Shown: piece after piece, positions 1-10,153 of the stretch
Numbering within the stretch: position 1 is the first letter of the stretch
Layout: each line of letters begins with the position of its first letter
NCBI GenBank assembly: GCA_934096705.1
Contig: CAKOMR010000001.1
Coordinates: forward strand, 53,364 to 117,363
Origin: an uncultured Bacilli bacterium
GTDB lineage: Bacteria > Bacillota_I > Bacilli_A > RF39 > UBA660
Direction: 5' to 3'
DNA length: 64,000 nucleotides
Made by a program: the position numbers and the translations under genes
The notes under the pieces: model-generated
Databases searched by the model: none
What the model was told of the DNA's origin: nothing
Seen by the model: the letters and a program-made list of their open reading frames with translations, nothing else

Positions 1-58
1 ATTATTAAAAGATAATACAGATTATAGTGGTTATATAGTTAAATTAGAAAATAATGTA

Positions 59-2695
59 GTGGCTGAAAATAATATTAATGCATCAATGATTTTGAATAAA
101 GATATTCCAGTTGGAAATTATACATTAAAAATTTCATATGATAATTATTCTTTTGATATAATTCTAACTGTTCCAGAGATTAAAACACTTCTTGGAAGTG
201 GTACAGAAACTGATCCTTATCAGATATATACTGAAGAAGATTTAAAACAAATACATTATTTATTAGATAAATATTTTGTAATAAAAAATGATATAACTTT
301 AACAGAAAATTGGGAACCTATTGGTAGTAAAAATAATCCTTTTAGAGGTTCAATAGATGGCGAAAATCATACTATATATAATTTGAATATCGATAGCAAT
401 TCTTCATCAGCAGTAGGTTTTATTGGTTATTATAATCCTAAATTTAATTTCGATTATTATGATGAAAATATAAATTACAAATCATATAGAGAAAAAAGTT
501 ATGTAAAAAATATTAATTTCAGTAATGCTAGTATTTCAAATAGTGGACCTGCGGGAATATTAATTGGTATGCTACTATATGATTCTTCCTATGTAAAGGA
601 AAGTGGAAAATTTAATTCAATGATGCATATAGAAGCTTCAAAATTTACGATTGATAATGTTTACTTTAAAGGTGGTAGCGTAAAATCTAAAATAGGGGAT
701 GCCGGAGTTATTGTGGCTAATGTTGATATAGTTCCAATTTCATATCAAACTCCATATTTAAATATTAATAAGGTTTTTTCTTCAACGGAAATAATTGGTT
801 ATAATTCCGGAGGACTTATTGGCTATGTAAATGATAGCTACAGAAGTGGAACGGGCATAATGCTCCAAATACAGATGACCAACATTCAAAATTCTGGAAT
901 AATAAATGTAAAAGAAAACGGATTTGAATATGATGAAAATAAAAGATTTTCTCCTGTAATTGGTTATATTAATAATAATGCAAATCTTAGTATAGAAAAT
1001 TTTATTATAAATAGTTCATTTAATGATCCAAAATATTTTTCAAATTATAAAGAATATAATAAATTATATGGATTAATAGGTTATTCCTCAAATCAATATA
1101 TTCAGGTTAAAAATGGCTATTATTTAACCAAGAAATATACTTATGATAATTATTATATTAAACAAATATCCACTACGGCAGATAAAATACTTGATAAAAC
1201 TCTTTATTCTGAGTGGACTGACTTTGATGATAACTGGGAATTAAAAACTATAGATGGTATACCTAGAATTCCTGTTTTAAATGGTAGTGACTTTGAATAC
1301 ATAAACGTCGATGATATTAATATAAAGTTATATGATGAATATTATATTTTTAATAATATAGATAAAGTTCAAGTTAAAAATAATAGTACTATAGAAATTA
1401 CTGAGAATGATAGTATTATTAATTTAGATTGGATAGATACAAATAACGATTATTACTTAGATGAATACAAAATTACCGCTATAAATAAAGGTACTGCAAA
1501 AATTCATTTTAAGAGTAATTATGATGGTTTTGAAAAAGATATTTTAGTAAATGTTACTGCAGATAAAGTGGATAATCCAGTAATCACATATTATAGTAAT
1601 TATAAAAATAATGAAAGTTATTCTGAAACACTTAATAAATTAACATCATTTAATATAAAAGATGCTATCTTTACAAGAAAAGGTTTTACATTTAAAGAAT
1701 GGAATACGCTTGCAAATGGCCAAGGAATAAGCTATAAAGCTGGTGAAAAAATAAATGATGGCATAGATGAAAATTTAAGATTATATGCTCAGTGGGAAGC
1801 AATCCATTATGCATTAAAATATGATGGCAATGGTGGAAGTGGTCAGATGGCTGGATATGATGATGTAACATTTGAACTAGCTCATGCAATTGCAATTTCA
1901 TATAATAAGTTTACAAGAGATAATTATAAATTTATTGGCTGGAATACAAAAGCTGATGGCACAGGAAAAAGTTATTCTGCGGATGGAAGTCTTAATGTAG
2001 AGGACTTTGCCGACTATTCTGAAAATAATGTATTAACTTTATATGCTCAATGGGAAAAACCAAAAGTAAAAATTACCTACTGTTTAGATAATAGTTGCAC
2101 AATAAAAAATGAAAAAGAATATGAAAAAGGACAGCTTATTAAAATTGATGAATGTACTATAGAAATGGCTGGATATTATTTTGATTCATGGAATACAAAA
2201 TATGATGGAACGGGACAAGCATATAATGAAGGTCAAGAAATAACATTAGACAATGATTTAATTTTATATCCAATATTTAAAGAAAGTTTTACATATTCTA
2301 TAAATGATTATTTGGTTAATGAAAATAGCAATATAATTAGCAAAATAATTGTAGGAACCACTGAAGGTGACTTTAAAAATCATATTAAGTTAGGTGTAAA
2401 TTATAGTGTAACTGTAGATACAATTAATAGTTTATTATACACAGGTGGTAAAACTAAAATATATAATATAAACGGCTTAGTTAAAGAATACGTAAATATT
2501 GTTATTGGAGATATTAATGGTGATGGTATAATAAACTCAGCAGACCTACTTAAAATAAGACAACATTTAATTGGTGTAAAAATACTTGAGGGAATATATT
2601 TTATGTCATCAGACATAAACTATGATAGTGTAGTAAATTCCGCAGACTTATTAAGAATAAGACAACATCTGATAGGAACTAAATTAATAGGATAG
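59..2695 (+). CDS. Large secreted/surface protein with C-terminal dockerin repeats and several Listeria-Bacteroides (Flg_new-type) repeats. Possibly 5' partial, since the frame is open back to window position 2.
   Basis: GTG start at 59, but the reading frame stays open to the window edge. There are two tandem dockerin-type Ca-binding segments, GDINGDGIINSADLLKIRQHLIG and SDINYDSVVNSADLLRIRQHLIG. Repeated FTFKEWNT..GQG..Y..G....LRLYAQWE modules are present. The N-terminus has a GSGTETDPYQIYTEEDL GLUG-like motif. Confidence 0.6.
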   Translation: MAENNINASMILNKDIPVGNYTLKISYDNYSFDIILTVPEIKTLLGSGTETDPYQIYTEEDLKQIHYLLDKYFVIKNDITLTENWEPIGSKNNPFRGSIDGENHTIYNLNIDSNSSSAVGFIGYYNPKFNFDYYDENINYKSYREKSYVKNINFSNASISNSGPAGILIGMLLYDSSYVKESGKFNSMMHIEASKFTIDNVYFKGGSVKSKIGDAGVIVANVDIVPISYQTPYLNINKVFSSTEIIGYNSGGLIGYVNDSYRSGTGIMLQIQMTNIQNSGIINVKENGFEYDENKRFSPVIGYINNNANLSIENFIINSSFNDPKYFSNYKEYNKLYGLIGYSSNQYIQVKNGYYLTKKYTYDNYYIKQISTTADKILDKTLYSEWTDFDDNWELKTIDGIPRIPVLNGSDFEYINVDDINIKLYDEYYIFNNIDKVQVKNNSTIEITENDSIINLDWIDTNNDYYLDEYKITAINKGTAKIHFKSNYDGFEKDILVNVTADKVDNPVITYYSNYKNNESYSETLNKLTSFNIKDAIFTRKGFTFKEWNTLANGQGISYKAGEKINDGIDENLRLYAQWEAIHYALKYDGNGGSGQMAGYDDVTFELAHAIAISYNKFTRDNYKFIGWNTKADGTGKSYSADGSLNVEDFADYSENNVLTLYAQWEKPKVKITYCLDNSCTIKNEKEYEKGQLIKIDECTIEMAGYYFDSWNTKYDGTGQAYNEGQEITLDNDLILYPIFKESFTYSINDYLVNENSNIISKIIVGTTEGDFKNHIKLGVNYSVTVDTINSLLYTGGKTKIYNINGLVKEYVNIVIGDINGDGIINSADLLKIRQHLIGVKILEGIYFMSSDINYDSVVNSADLLRIRQHLIGTKLIG

Positions 2696-2707
2696 AAAGG
2701 ATAAAAA

Positions 2708-3841
2708 ATGAAAAAGATAAAATTAATTTTAACTGGGATATTATCATTTTTAATAATATGCTTAAATGTAAATGCTGCTAGTGCTAACTTATCAGTTAGT
2801 TCAAGTAGTGTTTATTCTGGAGAAAGTTTTACAGCATACGTTAATATGAATGGAGCGGCAGCATGGAATTTACATGTTGCTGCGACAGGACCAGTAAGTG
2901 GTTGTAAACTTGATATTGCTGATGCTACATTGGATGCTCTTGATACAAATAAATCATTTCCAGTAACTTGCACATCGACTGGAGTGGGAACAATAACAAT
3001 TACACTTGCTGGAGATGTAACAAGTGCAAATGATGGAAATGCTGTAAATGTTTTGGGAAGTGCTTTGGTAAACGTTATAAATAAACCTGAACCAACTCCA
3101 ACGCCTGAGCCTACACCGACACCAACTCCAAAACCATCAACTCCATCAAAGCCTAATACACCGAGTACTCCTACAAAAAGTAGTGATAATACTATTAAAA
3201 ATATTGAAATAAAGGATATTAAAGATTTTGCATTTTCAAGCGATGTAACAAGTTATAATCTGAGCGTAGATAGTAAAATTTCAAAACTTGATTTAAATAT
3301 AACACTAAGTGATAATAATTCAGTTTATGATGTTTATGGTAATGATGATTTCAAATATGGTAATAATGAAGTTGTAATTAAAGTTACTGCGGAAGATGGA
3401 AGCGAAAAAGAATACAAATTAATTGTAAATCGTAAAGAACCAACTTGCGATGAAGGGTTAGTATTAAAAAACATTGAGATCAAAGACTATTATTTAAATT
3501 TTTATAAAAATAATTTTAAATATACCTTAAAAATTGCTAATGAAAATAAACTAAATATTAGTGTAGAAGCAAACGATGGTAATACTTATGAAATAATAGG
3601 AAATGAAAATTTAAAAAATGGTAGTAATATTGAAATTAAAGTAAAATCAGAAAACGAAAGTGTAAGTTACATAATAACTATTGAAAAGGAAAAAGGTCAA
3701 AATATTGCACTTACATGTGTACTTATCGCTATAATTTTAGTTGTTGTTGTGGCAATAATTATTTTACTAGTTAGAATGAATACAAATAAGAAAATAATTA
3801 ATAAGCAGAAAAGTGATATAGACGATTTATTTAATAAATAA
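2708..3841 (+). CDS. Membrane-anchored surface protein. It has a signal peptide, an N-terminal beta-sandwich domain (possibly cohesin-like), a Pro/Thr linker, two cadherin-like beta-sandwich modules and a C-terminal TM anchor.
   Basis: N-terminal hydrophobic signal, PEPTPTPEPTPTPTPKPSTPSKPNTPSTP linker, repeated IKNIEIKD...Y.L.V modules, and C-terminal IALTCVLIAIILVVVVAIIILLV followed by a basic tail. The start sits 13 nt after the previous stop. Confidence 0.5.
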   Translation: MKKIKLILTGILSFLIICLNVNAASANLSVSSSSVYSGESFTAYVNMNGAAAWNLHVAATGPVSGCKLDIADATLDALDTNKSFPVTCTSTGVGTITITLAGDVTSANDGNAVNVLGSALVNVINKPEPTPTPEPTPTPTPKPSTPSKPNTPSTPTKSSDNTIKNIEIKDIKDFAFSSDVTSYNLSVDSKISKLDLNITLSDNNSVYDVYGNDDFKYGNNEVVIKVTAEDGSEKEYKLIVNRKEPTCDEGLVLKNIEIKDYYLNFYKNNFKYTLKIANENKLNISVEANDGNTYEIIGNENLKNGSNIEIKVKSENESVSYIITIEKEKGQNIALTCVLIAIILVVVVAIIILLVRMNTNKKIINKQKSDIDDLFNK

Positions 3842-3877
3842 TCTATGATATAATAATTTTAAGAAAAGAGGTATATA

Positions 3878-4651
3878 ATGGAAAAGAAAGAATATTTAAC
3901 TGAAGAACATTATGAAAATTGGCAAAAGAAAATTAAACTAGCTTCATTATTAGTTTTAATAATAGGATTAGTAATAGGTATTACTCTTATATGTGTAGGT
4001 GTTAGTAAAGCTAAAAAAGGAAATGAAAATGTAAATAATTTGGTTGACGGAGTAAGTAATACTGTAAATAATGTAACAAATTCAACTGGTAAATCACTTG
4101 CGGAAATTCAAAAAGAAATTGATGAATTAGAAGAAAAAATTAATAACATCAATGATGAAAAGAAAAAATTACAACAAGAATTAAATCAAATTTTCAAAGA
4201 AGATATGGATTTTAGTGATCGTTATTATGAGAAACAAAGTGAAATTGAAGAAAAAGATAAAGAGATTGAAAAATTAAATATGGATTTAATTTACCTTCAA
4301 AAGGAAAGAATGACAGCTGAAGGTAGCAATCTAATTGCTGACTCAGGCTTTGATGATATCTTTAACACTGCAAAAGATACTATAAAAGAACAAAGTAGTA
4401 AGCAAAAAGCTGCACCTTATTATGTATTTGGTGGATTTGTAATATTTATTTCTTTAGCTATTTCCGCAGCACTATATATGCAAACAAAACAACGTGAATT
4501 AGTAGCCTATAAAGCACAACAATTTAGACCAATAGTGGAGGAAGGTATTGAAAAAACAACTCCAACTGTTGCAAAAAGTGCTGGAACTATTGCTGAAAAT
4601 ATTACTCAAGGCATTAAAGATGGCCTAAAAGACGATAAAGAAGAAAAATAG
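3878..4651 (+). CDS. Hypothetical coiled-coil membrane protein
   Basis: N-terminal and C-terminal TM segments flank a long E/K-rich coiled-coil region. The gene is followed by a terminator. Confidence 0.4.
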   Translation: MEKKEYLTEEHYENWQKKIKLASLLVLIIGLVIGITLICVGVSKAKKGNENVNNLVDGVSNTVNNVTNSTGKSLAEIQKEIDELEEKINNINDEKKKLQQELNQIFKEDMDFSDRYYEKQSEIEEKDKEIEKLNMDLIYLQKERMTAEGSNLIADSGFDDIFNTAKDTIKEQSSKQKAAPYYVFGGFVIFISLAISAALYMQTKQRELVAYKAQQFRPIVEEGIEKTTPTVAKSAGTIAENITQGIKDGLKDDKEEK

Positions 4652-4677
4652 TTGCTTTTAAAAAGCAACTTTTTTTT
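4650..4677 (+). terminator. Rho-independent terminator
   Basis: agttgcttttaaaaagcaact hairpin followed by a T7 run. Confidence 0.6.
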
Positions 4678-4724
4678 GAAACTTTTGCCTATATTTGCAT
4701 AAATTAAAATAGGAAGGTGATAAG

Positions 4725-5276
4725 ATGTCTAACTTTAAAGAAATCGTTACTAAAGCAATTATCGGCAAATGTAAAAAACGTCTTACAAGTAACTACGAGA
4801 TTGAATGTGAAGAAAAACCAAATACTATTTTAGGATGTTGGGTAATAAATCATTCTTTTAGAGGAGTAAATAATTTAGGAAAAGTAAATGTAACTGGAAA
4901 CTTTGATGTTAATGTTTGGTATTCATATGATAACGATACGAAAACTGCAGTTTGTACAAGAAAATTTAATTATTCAGATGTAATTAATGTTCCTTTAAAG
5001 GATAATAGTAAATTAAATAATGATTGTGATATTATTGTAAATGCTTTAAAACAACCTACAGTAACAGATGTTAAAATCAAAAATGATTTAGTAAATTTAA
5101 AAATTGAAAAAGAACTAGGAATTGAAGTTGTAGGAAATGCCACTGTAAAAGTTCAAGTTGAAGACGATTATGATGATTATGAAGAAGTATATGATAATGA
5201 AAATAATGATGAATTAAATATTAATGTTGATGATTTAAATGATGATTATTTAGAAGAGTCAACCAATAATAGTTGA
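4725..5276 (+). CDS. cotE: Outer spore coat morphogenetic protein CotE
   Basis: N-terminal two-thirds matches CotE (EIVTKAI..K.K....ILGCWVINH...NVWYSY.N.TKT), and the tail is poly-acidic as in CotE. RBS GGAAGGTGA lies upstream. Confidence 0.7.
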   Translation: MSNFKEIVTKAIIGKCKKRLTSNYEIECEEKPNTILGCWVINHSFRGVNNLGKVNVTGNFDVNVWYSYDNDTKTAVCTRKFNYSDVINVPLKDNSKLNNDCDIIVNALKQPTVTDVKIKNDLVNLKIEKELGIEVVGNATVKVQVEDDYDDYEEVYDNENNDELNINVDDLNDDYLEESTNNS

Positions 5277-5301
5277 CAGCAAAAAAGTAATATGATATAT
5301 T
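5273..5301 (+). promoter_or_regulatory. Sigma-A-type promoter for rpsP (TTGACA-17-TATATT)
   Basis: TTGACA at 5273-5278 overlaps the cotE stop codon. A 17-nt spacer precedes TATATT at 5296-5301. Confidence 0.45.
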
Positions 5302-5326
5302 AGTTGTGTAATTGAAAGGAGTAATT

Positions 5327-5626
5327 ATGGCAGTAAAATTAAGATTAAAAAGAATGGGTAGTAAACAAAAACCATTTTATCGTATTGTGGCTGCAGACAG
5401 CCGTAGTCCAAGAGATGGTCGTTTCATTGAAACAGTAGGAACTTATAATCCTATTAAAGGTAAAGAAGTTGTTACTATTGATGAAGAAAAAGCTTTAGCT
5501 TGGCTTTCAAAAGGCGCAATTCCTACTGATACAGTAAGAAGTATTTTCAGTAACCAAGGTGTTATGAAAAAATATGCTGAAAGCAAATCTTCAAAGAAAA
5601 AAGCAGAAAAAGTTAAGAAGGCTTAA
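5327..5626 (+). CDS. rpsP: 30S ribosomal protein S16
   Basis: [35 protein letters not shown]... is the S16 signature. ATG at 5327 is preceded by AAAGGAG, so it is preferred over the upstream TTG at 5312. Confidence 0.9.
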   Translation: MAVKLRLKRMGSKQKPFYRIVAADSRSPRDGRFIETVGTYNPIKGKEVVTIDEEKALAWLSKGAIPTDTVRSIFSNQGVMKKYAESKSSKKKAEKVKKA

Positions 5627-5628
5627 TT

Positions 5629-5874
5629 ATGGATATAAAAGAATATACTTCATTTTTAGTTAAAAGTATCGTAAAAAATCCAGATATGGTTAAAGTTGAA
5701 ATATTCGAAACTGAAGGTGAGGACCCTATATTAGAAATAATTGTTCATCACGATGATTTCGGTGCGGTTATTGGTAAGGGTGGAAAGATAGCTACTTCTT
5801 TAAGAACTATAATTCAAGCATATGCATTTTTGAATAAAATGCCAAAAGTTAAAGTAAATATTGATTCATTTTAA
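5629..5874 (+). CDS. KH-domain RNA-binding protein (YlqC/UPF0109 family)
   Basis: GAVIGKGGKIATSLRTI KH motif. It sits immediately after rpsP, as in the B. subtilis rpsP-ylqC arrangement. Confidence 0.8.
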   Translation: MDIKEYTSFLVKSIVKNPDMVKVEIFETEGEDPILEIIVHHDDFGAVIGKGGKIATSLRTIIQAYAFLNKMPKVKVNIDSF

Positions 5875-5910
5875 CAAAAAAAATACTTTTTAATCAAAGT
5901 ATTTTTTATT
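5874..5910. terminator. Bidirectional rho-independent terminator between convergent genes
   Basis: aaaaaaaatacttttt-aatc-aaagtatttttt hairpin flanked by A and T runs. Confidence 0.6.
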
Positions 5911-6130
5911 TGCAATGTTTTTCATTAAATAATTTAAAAGCTTCAGCAATTTCTCTATAATTTAAATCATCTAGATATTCTTCGTTATTTTCTTTTTTTA
6001 ATTTAAAAATTTTAAAATCTTCGGGATCAGTTTCATTTCCATAATAGTAATATAAATTTTCTTTTCCTTGAATACTTTCTATTTCAAAATAATCTTTACC
6101 ATCAATTTCTATAATATTTAATTCAATCAT
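5906..6130 (-). CDS. Small acidic protein, DUF1292-like
   Basis: 74 aa with IIEIDGKDYFEIE...DPEDFKIFKL...EIAEAFKLF, which resembles the DUF1292/UPF0473 pattern. Confidence 0.45.
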   Translation of the reverse strand: MIELNIIEIDGKDYFEIESIQGKENLYYYYGNETDPEDFKIFKLKKENNEEYLDDLNYREIAEAFKLFNEKHCK

Positions 6131-6144
6131 ATATATTTTTCTCC

Positions 6145-7002
6145 TTATCTATTAAGATCTAGTTTATCTAAGTCAAATACAAAATCAATTTTATCTTTAA
6201 AACTTACATTATCAGTAAAATCTTTACAATTAAAATATGGAATGATATTAGTTAAACAAATTGTTGATGCTTCATCAGTATATCCTTGAAGTACAAGTTC
6301 ATGGTGAAGGGCATCATAACTTGCTTGTGTAATTTCGCTATAGTTTGGGTTTGGTTCTCCATAAAGTTCTGTATCATCATATAGTGCTACCAAAGTTTTA
6401 CCTTCTTCGGGTTCATTTTTTATATAGCAATGAGACTCTTTTAATTTATCATATGCTTCATTGGATTTTTGATCTAGTTTTTCACAATAAGTATAACCTA
6501 ATGTTGCTCCAGCAACCATTGCAGTAGTTAGCGTTGCAATAGCAATTTTTTTAGTTGTTTTAATAACTCTTTTACGTCTTTCTAATTGCTTTTTAAACTT
6601 TTCATGTCTTTGTCTATTTTCTCTTTCTTCAGCACTTCTATCAAATACAACATCATTGCCAGATTCATATTTACCAAATTGTTTTAAAGAAAATTCCTTA
6701 ACTATATTATCAAGTTCATCTCTAGGAATAACTGTGCGCTCTTTTAAACCTTGTTTAACATCACGTTGGTGTCTTTCAACAATTTCAGTAAATACATCAA
6801 CAACTTTATCTTGGGGAATAACACTAGCAAATCCTTCAAGATCTTGCACATTTGTAATCCTTCCATCTTTAATATCTAAAAATTGTTTTTTGTTTACAAT
6901 TCCAAGCGAACTTCTTGGGACAGTTTGACCTTGAAATAATGCTTGAGCTTCTTCCAAAGGAATTATTCTTCCTGTTTTAGTATCATAAATTATTGTTTCC
7001 AT
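6145..7002 (-). CDS. Hypothetical bitopic membrane protein co-oriented downstream of sigK
   Basis: Cytoplasmic N-terminal domain, basic stretch, one TM (IAIATLTTAMVAGATLGY) and a Cys-containing extracytoplasmic C-terminal domain. It lies 53 nt downstream of sigK on the same strand. Confidence 0.4.
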   Translation of the reverse strand: METIIYDTKTGRIIPLEEAQALFQGQTVPRSSLGIVNKKQFLDIKDGRITNVQDLEGFASVIPQDKVVDVFTEIVERHQRDVKQGLKERTVIPRDELDNIVKEFSLKQFGKYESGNDVVFDRSAEERENRQRHEKFKKQLERRKRVIKTTKKIAIATLTTAMVAGATLGYTYCEKLDQKSNEAYDKLKESHCYIKNEPEEGKTLVALYDDTELYGEPNPNYSEITQASYDALHHELVLQGYTDEASTICLTNIIPYFNCKDFTDNVSFKDKIDFVFDLDKLDLNR

Positions 7003-7054
7003 ATTTATTATCTCCTATTATAAAAAGTATAGCATTTTTTCACTTTTAAATCAA

Positions 7055-7750
7055 TTACAAAGTCTTTTTATCTTTTATAAATTCTTTAAGCATTTTTGTA
7101 AGTGCTCGTTTTTCAATCCTTGAAACGTAACTTCTGGATATTTTTAACTCTTTTGCAATTTCTTTTTGAGTTTTTTCTTTTTCATTATTTAATCCATATC
7201 TTTTAATAATGATATCTTTTTCTCTAGAAGATAGTTTTTTTAAGTACATTTTAAGATATTCAATATTATCTTTTTTAGTAATATGCTCAATTAAATCAAT
7301 GCTTTTATCTTCAAGGACATCAATTAGGTTTACATCATTTCCTTCTTTGTCAAAGCCAATTGAATCAGATAAGTAAACATCATTATTACTTTTTTTATTT
7401 CCTCTAAAATACATTAGTATTTCATTTTGAATGCATCTTGCAGCATAGGTTGTAATTTTTGTTTTCTTATTATCTTTATAAGTATCAATTCCTTTAATTA
7501 GACCAATTGTTCCAATAGATATTAAGTCATCAGTCATATTTTCTTTAAAATCAAATTTTTTTACAATGTGAGCTACTAGTCTTAAATTATGCTCAATTAA
7601 TTTGTTTCTAGCATTATTATCACCATCAAGCATTAATTTTACATACTTTTCTTCTTCTTCATTTGATAGTGGCTCTAAAAAAACATTATTTGAATAACTT
7701 CCTGTAAAAAAAAGTAAGTCTTTTATAATATTTAATAAATTAAAAAACAT
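7055..7750 (-). CDS. sigK: Sporulation sigma factor sigma-K (pro-sigma-K), uninterrupted
   Basis: NKLIEHNLRLVAHIVKKF....DLISIGTIGLIKGI..Y......K..TYAARCI.NEILM and EKTQKEIAKEL.ISRSYVSRIEKRAL match SigK closely. A hydrophobic pro-sequence is present at the N-terminus. Confidence 0.85.
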   Translation of the reverse strand: MFFNLLNIIKDLLFFTGSYSNNVFLEPLSNEEEEKYVKLMLDGDNNARNKLIEHNLRLVAHIVKKFDFKENMTDDLISIGTIGLIKGIDTYKDNKKTKITTYAARCIQNEILMYFRGNKKSNNDVYLSDSIGFDKEGNDVNLIDVLEDKSIDLIEHITKKDNIEYLKMYLKKLSSREKDIIIKRYGLNNEKEKTQKEIAKELKISRSYVSRIEKRALTKMLKEFIKDKKTL

Positions 7751-7792
7751 ATTTCACTTCCTAATTAAATATATTTTTGATAAACTATTCTT

Positions 7793-8101
7793 ATGAAAAA
7801 GAAATTTACTATGATTGATGAAAACTTCATATGTGAAGTTTGCCAAAAAAAGGTTAATAAGCTTGGATATACCGCAAGAGATCATTGCCCATATTGTCTT
7901 TGTAGTAAGCACGTTGATAATAATCCAGGTGATAGAGAAAATAAATGTCAAGGTATTTTAAAACCTGTTGGAATAGAAAAGTTTAAAGATACTTATAAAA
8001 TAGTTTATAAATGTGAAAAATGTGGAATGTTTCATAAAAACATTATGGCAAAAGATGATAATTTTGATAAGATAATTGAACTATCTAAAAATAACTACTA
8101 A
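7793..8101 (+). CDS. Cys-rich zinc-ribbon protein, RNHCP-domain-like
   Basis: CEVC...RDHCPYCLCSKHVD...CEKCG. Divergent from sigK. Confidence 0.5.
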   Translation: MKKKFTMIDENFICEVCQKKVNKLGYTARDHCPYCLCSKHVDNNPGDRENKCQGILKPVGIEKFKDTYKIVYKCEKCGMFHKNIMAKDDNFDKIIELSKNNY

Positions 8102-8143
8102 AAAAATAATTTTTATGATATTATTTAAATAGGAGGATGCATA

Positions 8144-8755
8144 ATGAATAGAGTAGAAATAAAGGAATTTGCGAAAAAGAAAATTCAAGGACATTTATGG
8201 GATATTTGGAAAATAGCTTTAATGACTTATGGTATTTGTATTGGCTTTGGATTTTTAATTACTATTTTATTTGGCGAAGATGCTGCAGTGGTATCACTTA
8301 TTGGAGAAATAGTTTTATTACCACTTACTGTTGGTGTAACAAGTTTTTTAATAAATTTTGTAGAGGATAAAAATTTTGATTCAAAAGATATTTTTAATTA
8401 TTTTAAATCTTTTGTAAAAGTTGCAGGAACACTTTTACTTTGTGGTTTTCTAGTAACAATTGCAAGCGTATTTTTTGTAATACCTGGTATTATCTTAGCT
8501 CTTAGTTATTCACTCGTTCCAATTCTTTTAGTAAAAAGGGAAGACCTTGGAATAGTTGAGACACTAAAACTTAGTAGAACACTTATGAATGGCCATAAAC
8601 TTGATGCATTTGTTCTAAGTTTATCATTTATAGGCTGGGCTTTTGTAGGTGCTTTAACTTTAGGAATTGCTTATATTTGGATTTACCCTTATATGGCAGT
8701 AACATTTACTAAATTTTATTTAAATATTCTTGATAGTAGCAAAGAAGTGGCTTAG
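8144..8755 (+). CDS. DUF975-family integral membrane protein
   Basis: Multi-TM protein with GHLWDIWKIALMTYGI...FVIPGIILALSYSLVPILL topology, typical of DUF975. RBS AGGAGG lies upstream. Confidence 0.55.
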   Translation: MNRVEIKEFAKKKIQGHLWDIWKIALMTYGICIGFGFLITILFGEDAAVVSLIGEIVLLPLTVGVTSFLINFVEDKNFDSKDIFNYFKSFVKVAGTLLLCGFLVTIASVFFVIPGIILALSYSLVPILLVKREDLGIVETLKLSRTLMNGHKLDAFVLSLSFIGWAFVGALTLGIAYIWIYPYMAVTFTKFYLNILDSSKEVA

Positions 8756-8767
8756 AAAAGCCATTTT

Positions 8768-10153
8768 TTATATGATTTTTTTAATTTCTTTTATAAATAT
8801 TGAGGGATTATTTTTAGGTATTAATAAGTAAGACTTTATTTTACATCTAGTTATTGCAACGAAAAAAACACGTCTTTCTTCAGCATATGGAAAGTCATCA
8901 GCTTTACTGCTTACATACGATAAGATTGGATGATTTTCTATTTTATTTGGAATACCATAAGTTTTATTTGAAACATTTAAAATAATTACATAATCAGCCT
9001 CAAGGCCTTTAGCGCTATGAATGGTTAAGTATTTATAAATTTTATTTTTATAAGTTAGATTATCATTTTCAATATTAAAATCATCATCAATATATTCATA
9101 AATGTCTTTTTGATTTCTACCTAAAATTAAAATATTTTTTTCATTTAACATATTTAATAATTCTTTAAACTTCTTTTTAGGATTTAAATAATAAATTAAT
9201 TCTAAAGGTTTTTTTTCACTGAAAAACCCATGCATACTTTTATCAAGTTGATTTTTGTTTTTGTTAATAAACTTTGCACTTATATCGATAAGTTCTTGAC
9301 TAAATCTATAGGTATTAGCAAGTTTTAAAACTTTTAAATTATTAATGTACTTTGATAAATTTAAAAAAATAAATAAATCGCAACCAGAAAAATGATAAAT
9401 ACTTTGAGCGTCATCTCCGACTGCTGTAAAAATTGCTTTTGTGTTTTCAAGTATGACTTTAATTAAATTAAATCTTATTAGTGAAGTATCTTGAAATTCA
9501 TCGATAATAATATATTTAAAATTTTTATAATTATATTTTTTTTGTAAAATCTTCGTGGCAAGTAAAATCATATCATCAAAGTCAAGAGAATCAGTGCTAT
9601 TTTTTTCTTCTTCATATAAATAAAATATATCAAGTATTATCTTTATTAAATATTTATCATCTGCATTTTTTACCATATTTTTTAAATCATTAATTGAGTG
9701 ATTATTAGTTTTATATAAGTTTATAAATGTTTTAATAAGTTTTTTAAAAGAAATATATTCAATAGAATATTTATCAAGTTTTAAAATATTTAAGTATCTA
9801 CATAGTTTATCTTTATTTTTAATTGTTATTAAGTATTCATCAATAATATAGTCAAGCAAATTACTATCTGATATTTGATATTTAATAGTATTATATTTTA
9901 GTATATCTATAGCAAGTCTATGAAAAGTTGTGATAAATAAATTATTACCAAGTTTCTTTTTTAAATCATCAACACTTTTATTTGTAAAAGATATAAGTAA
10001 AATTTCACTTTCTAAAATATTTAATTCATTTATTAAATACCGAACTTTTTGTGCAATAGTAGTACTTTTACCACTTCCGGGGCCGGCGATAACCAAAGTG
10101 TTATCAGTTGAAAAAACTACTTTTAATTGAAATTCATCTAAGTTATTTGACAT
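8768..10153 (-). CDS. UvrD/Rep-family DNA helicase-like protein (short form)
   Basis: Walker A AGPGSGKSTT, UvrD motifs TFHRLA, IIIDEFQDTS, and a C-terminal FFVAITRCK. Confidence 0.65.
   Translation of the reverse strand: MSNNLDEFQLKVVFSTDNTLVIAGPGSGKSTTIAQKVRYLINELNILESEILLISFTNKSVDDLKKKLGNNLFITTFHRLAIDILKYNTIKYQISDSNLLDYIIDEYLITIKNKDKLCRYLNILKLDKYSIEYISFKKLIKTFINLYKTNNHSINDLKNMVKNADDKYLIKIILDIFYLYEEEKNSTDSLDFDDMILLATKILQKKYNYKNFKYIIIDEFQDTSLIRFNLIKVILENTKAIFTAVGDDAQSIYHFSGCDLFIFLNLSKYINNLKVLKLANTYRFSQELIDISAKFINKNKNQLDKSMHGFFSEKKPLELIYYLNPKKKFKELLNMLNEKNILILGRNQKDIYEYIDDDFNIENDNLTYKNKIYKYLTIHSAKGLEADYVIILNVSNKTYGIPNKIENHPILSYVSSKADDFPYAEERRVFFVAITRCKIKSYLLIPKNNPSIFIKEIKKII

Noticed and set aside
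5312-5326. TTG-initiated 5' extension of rpsP (MKGVIMAV...)
   Set aside because: The S16 N-terminus MAVKLRLKR is universally conserved. The ATG at 5327 has a properly spaced AAAGGAG.
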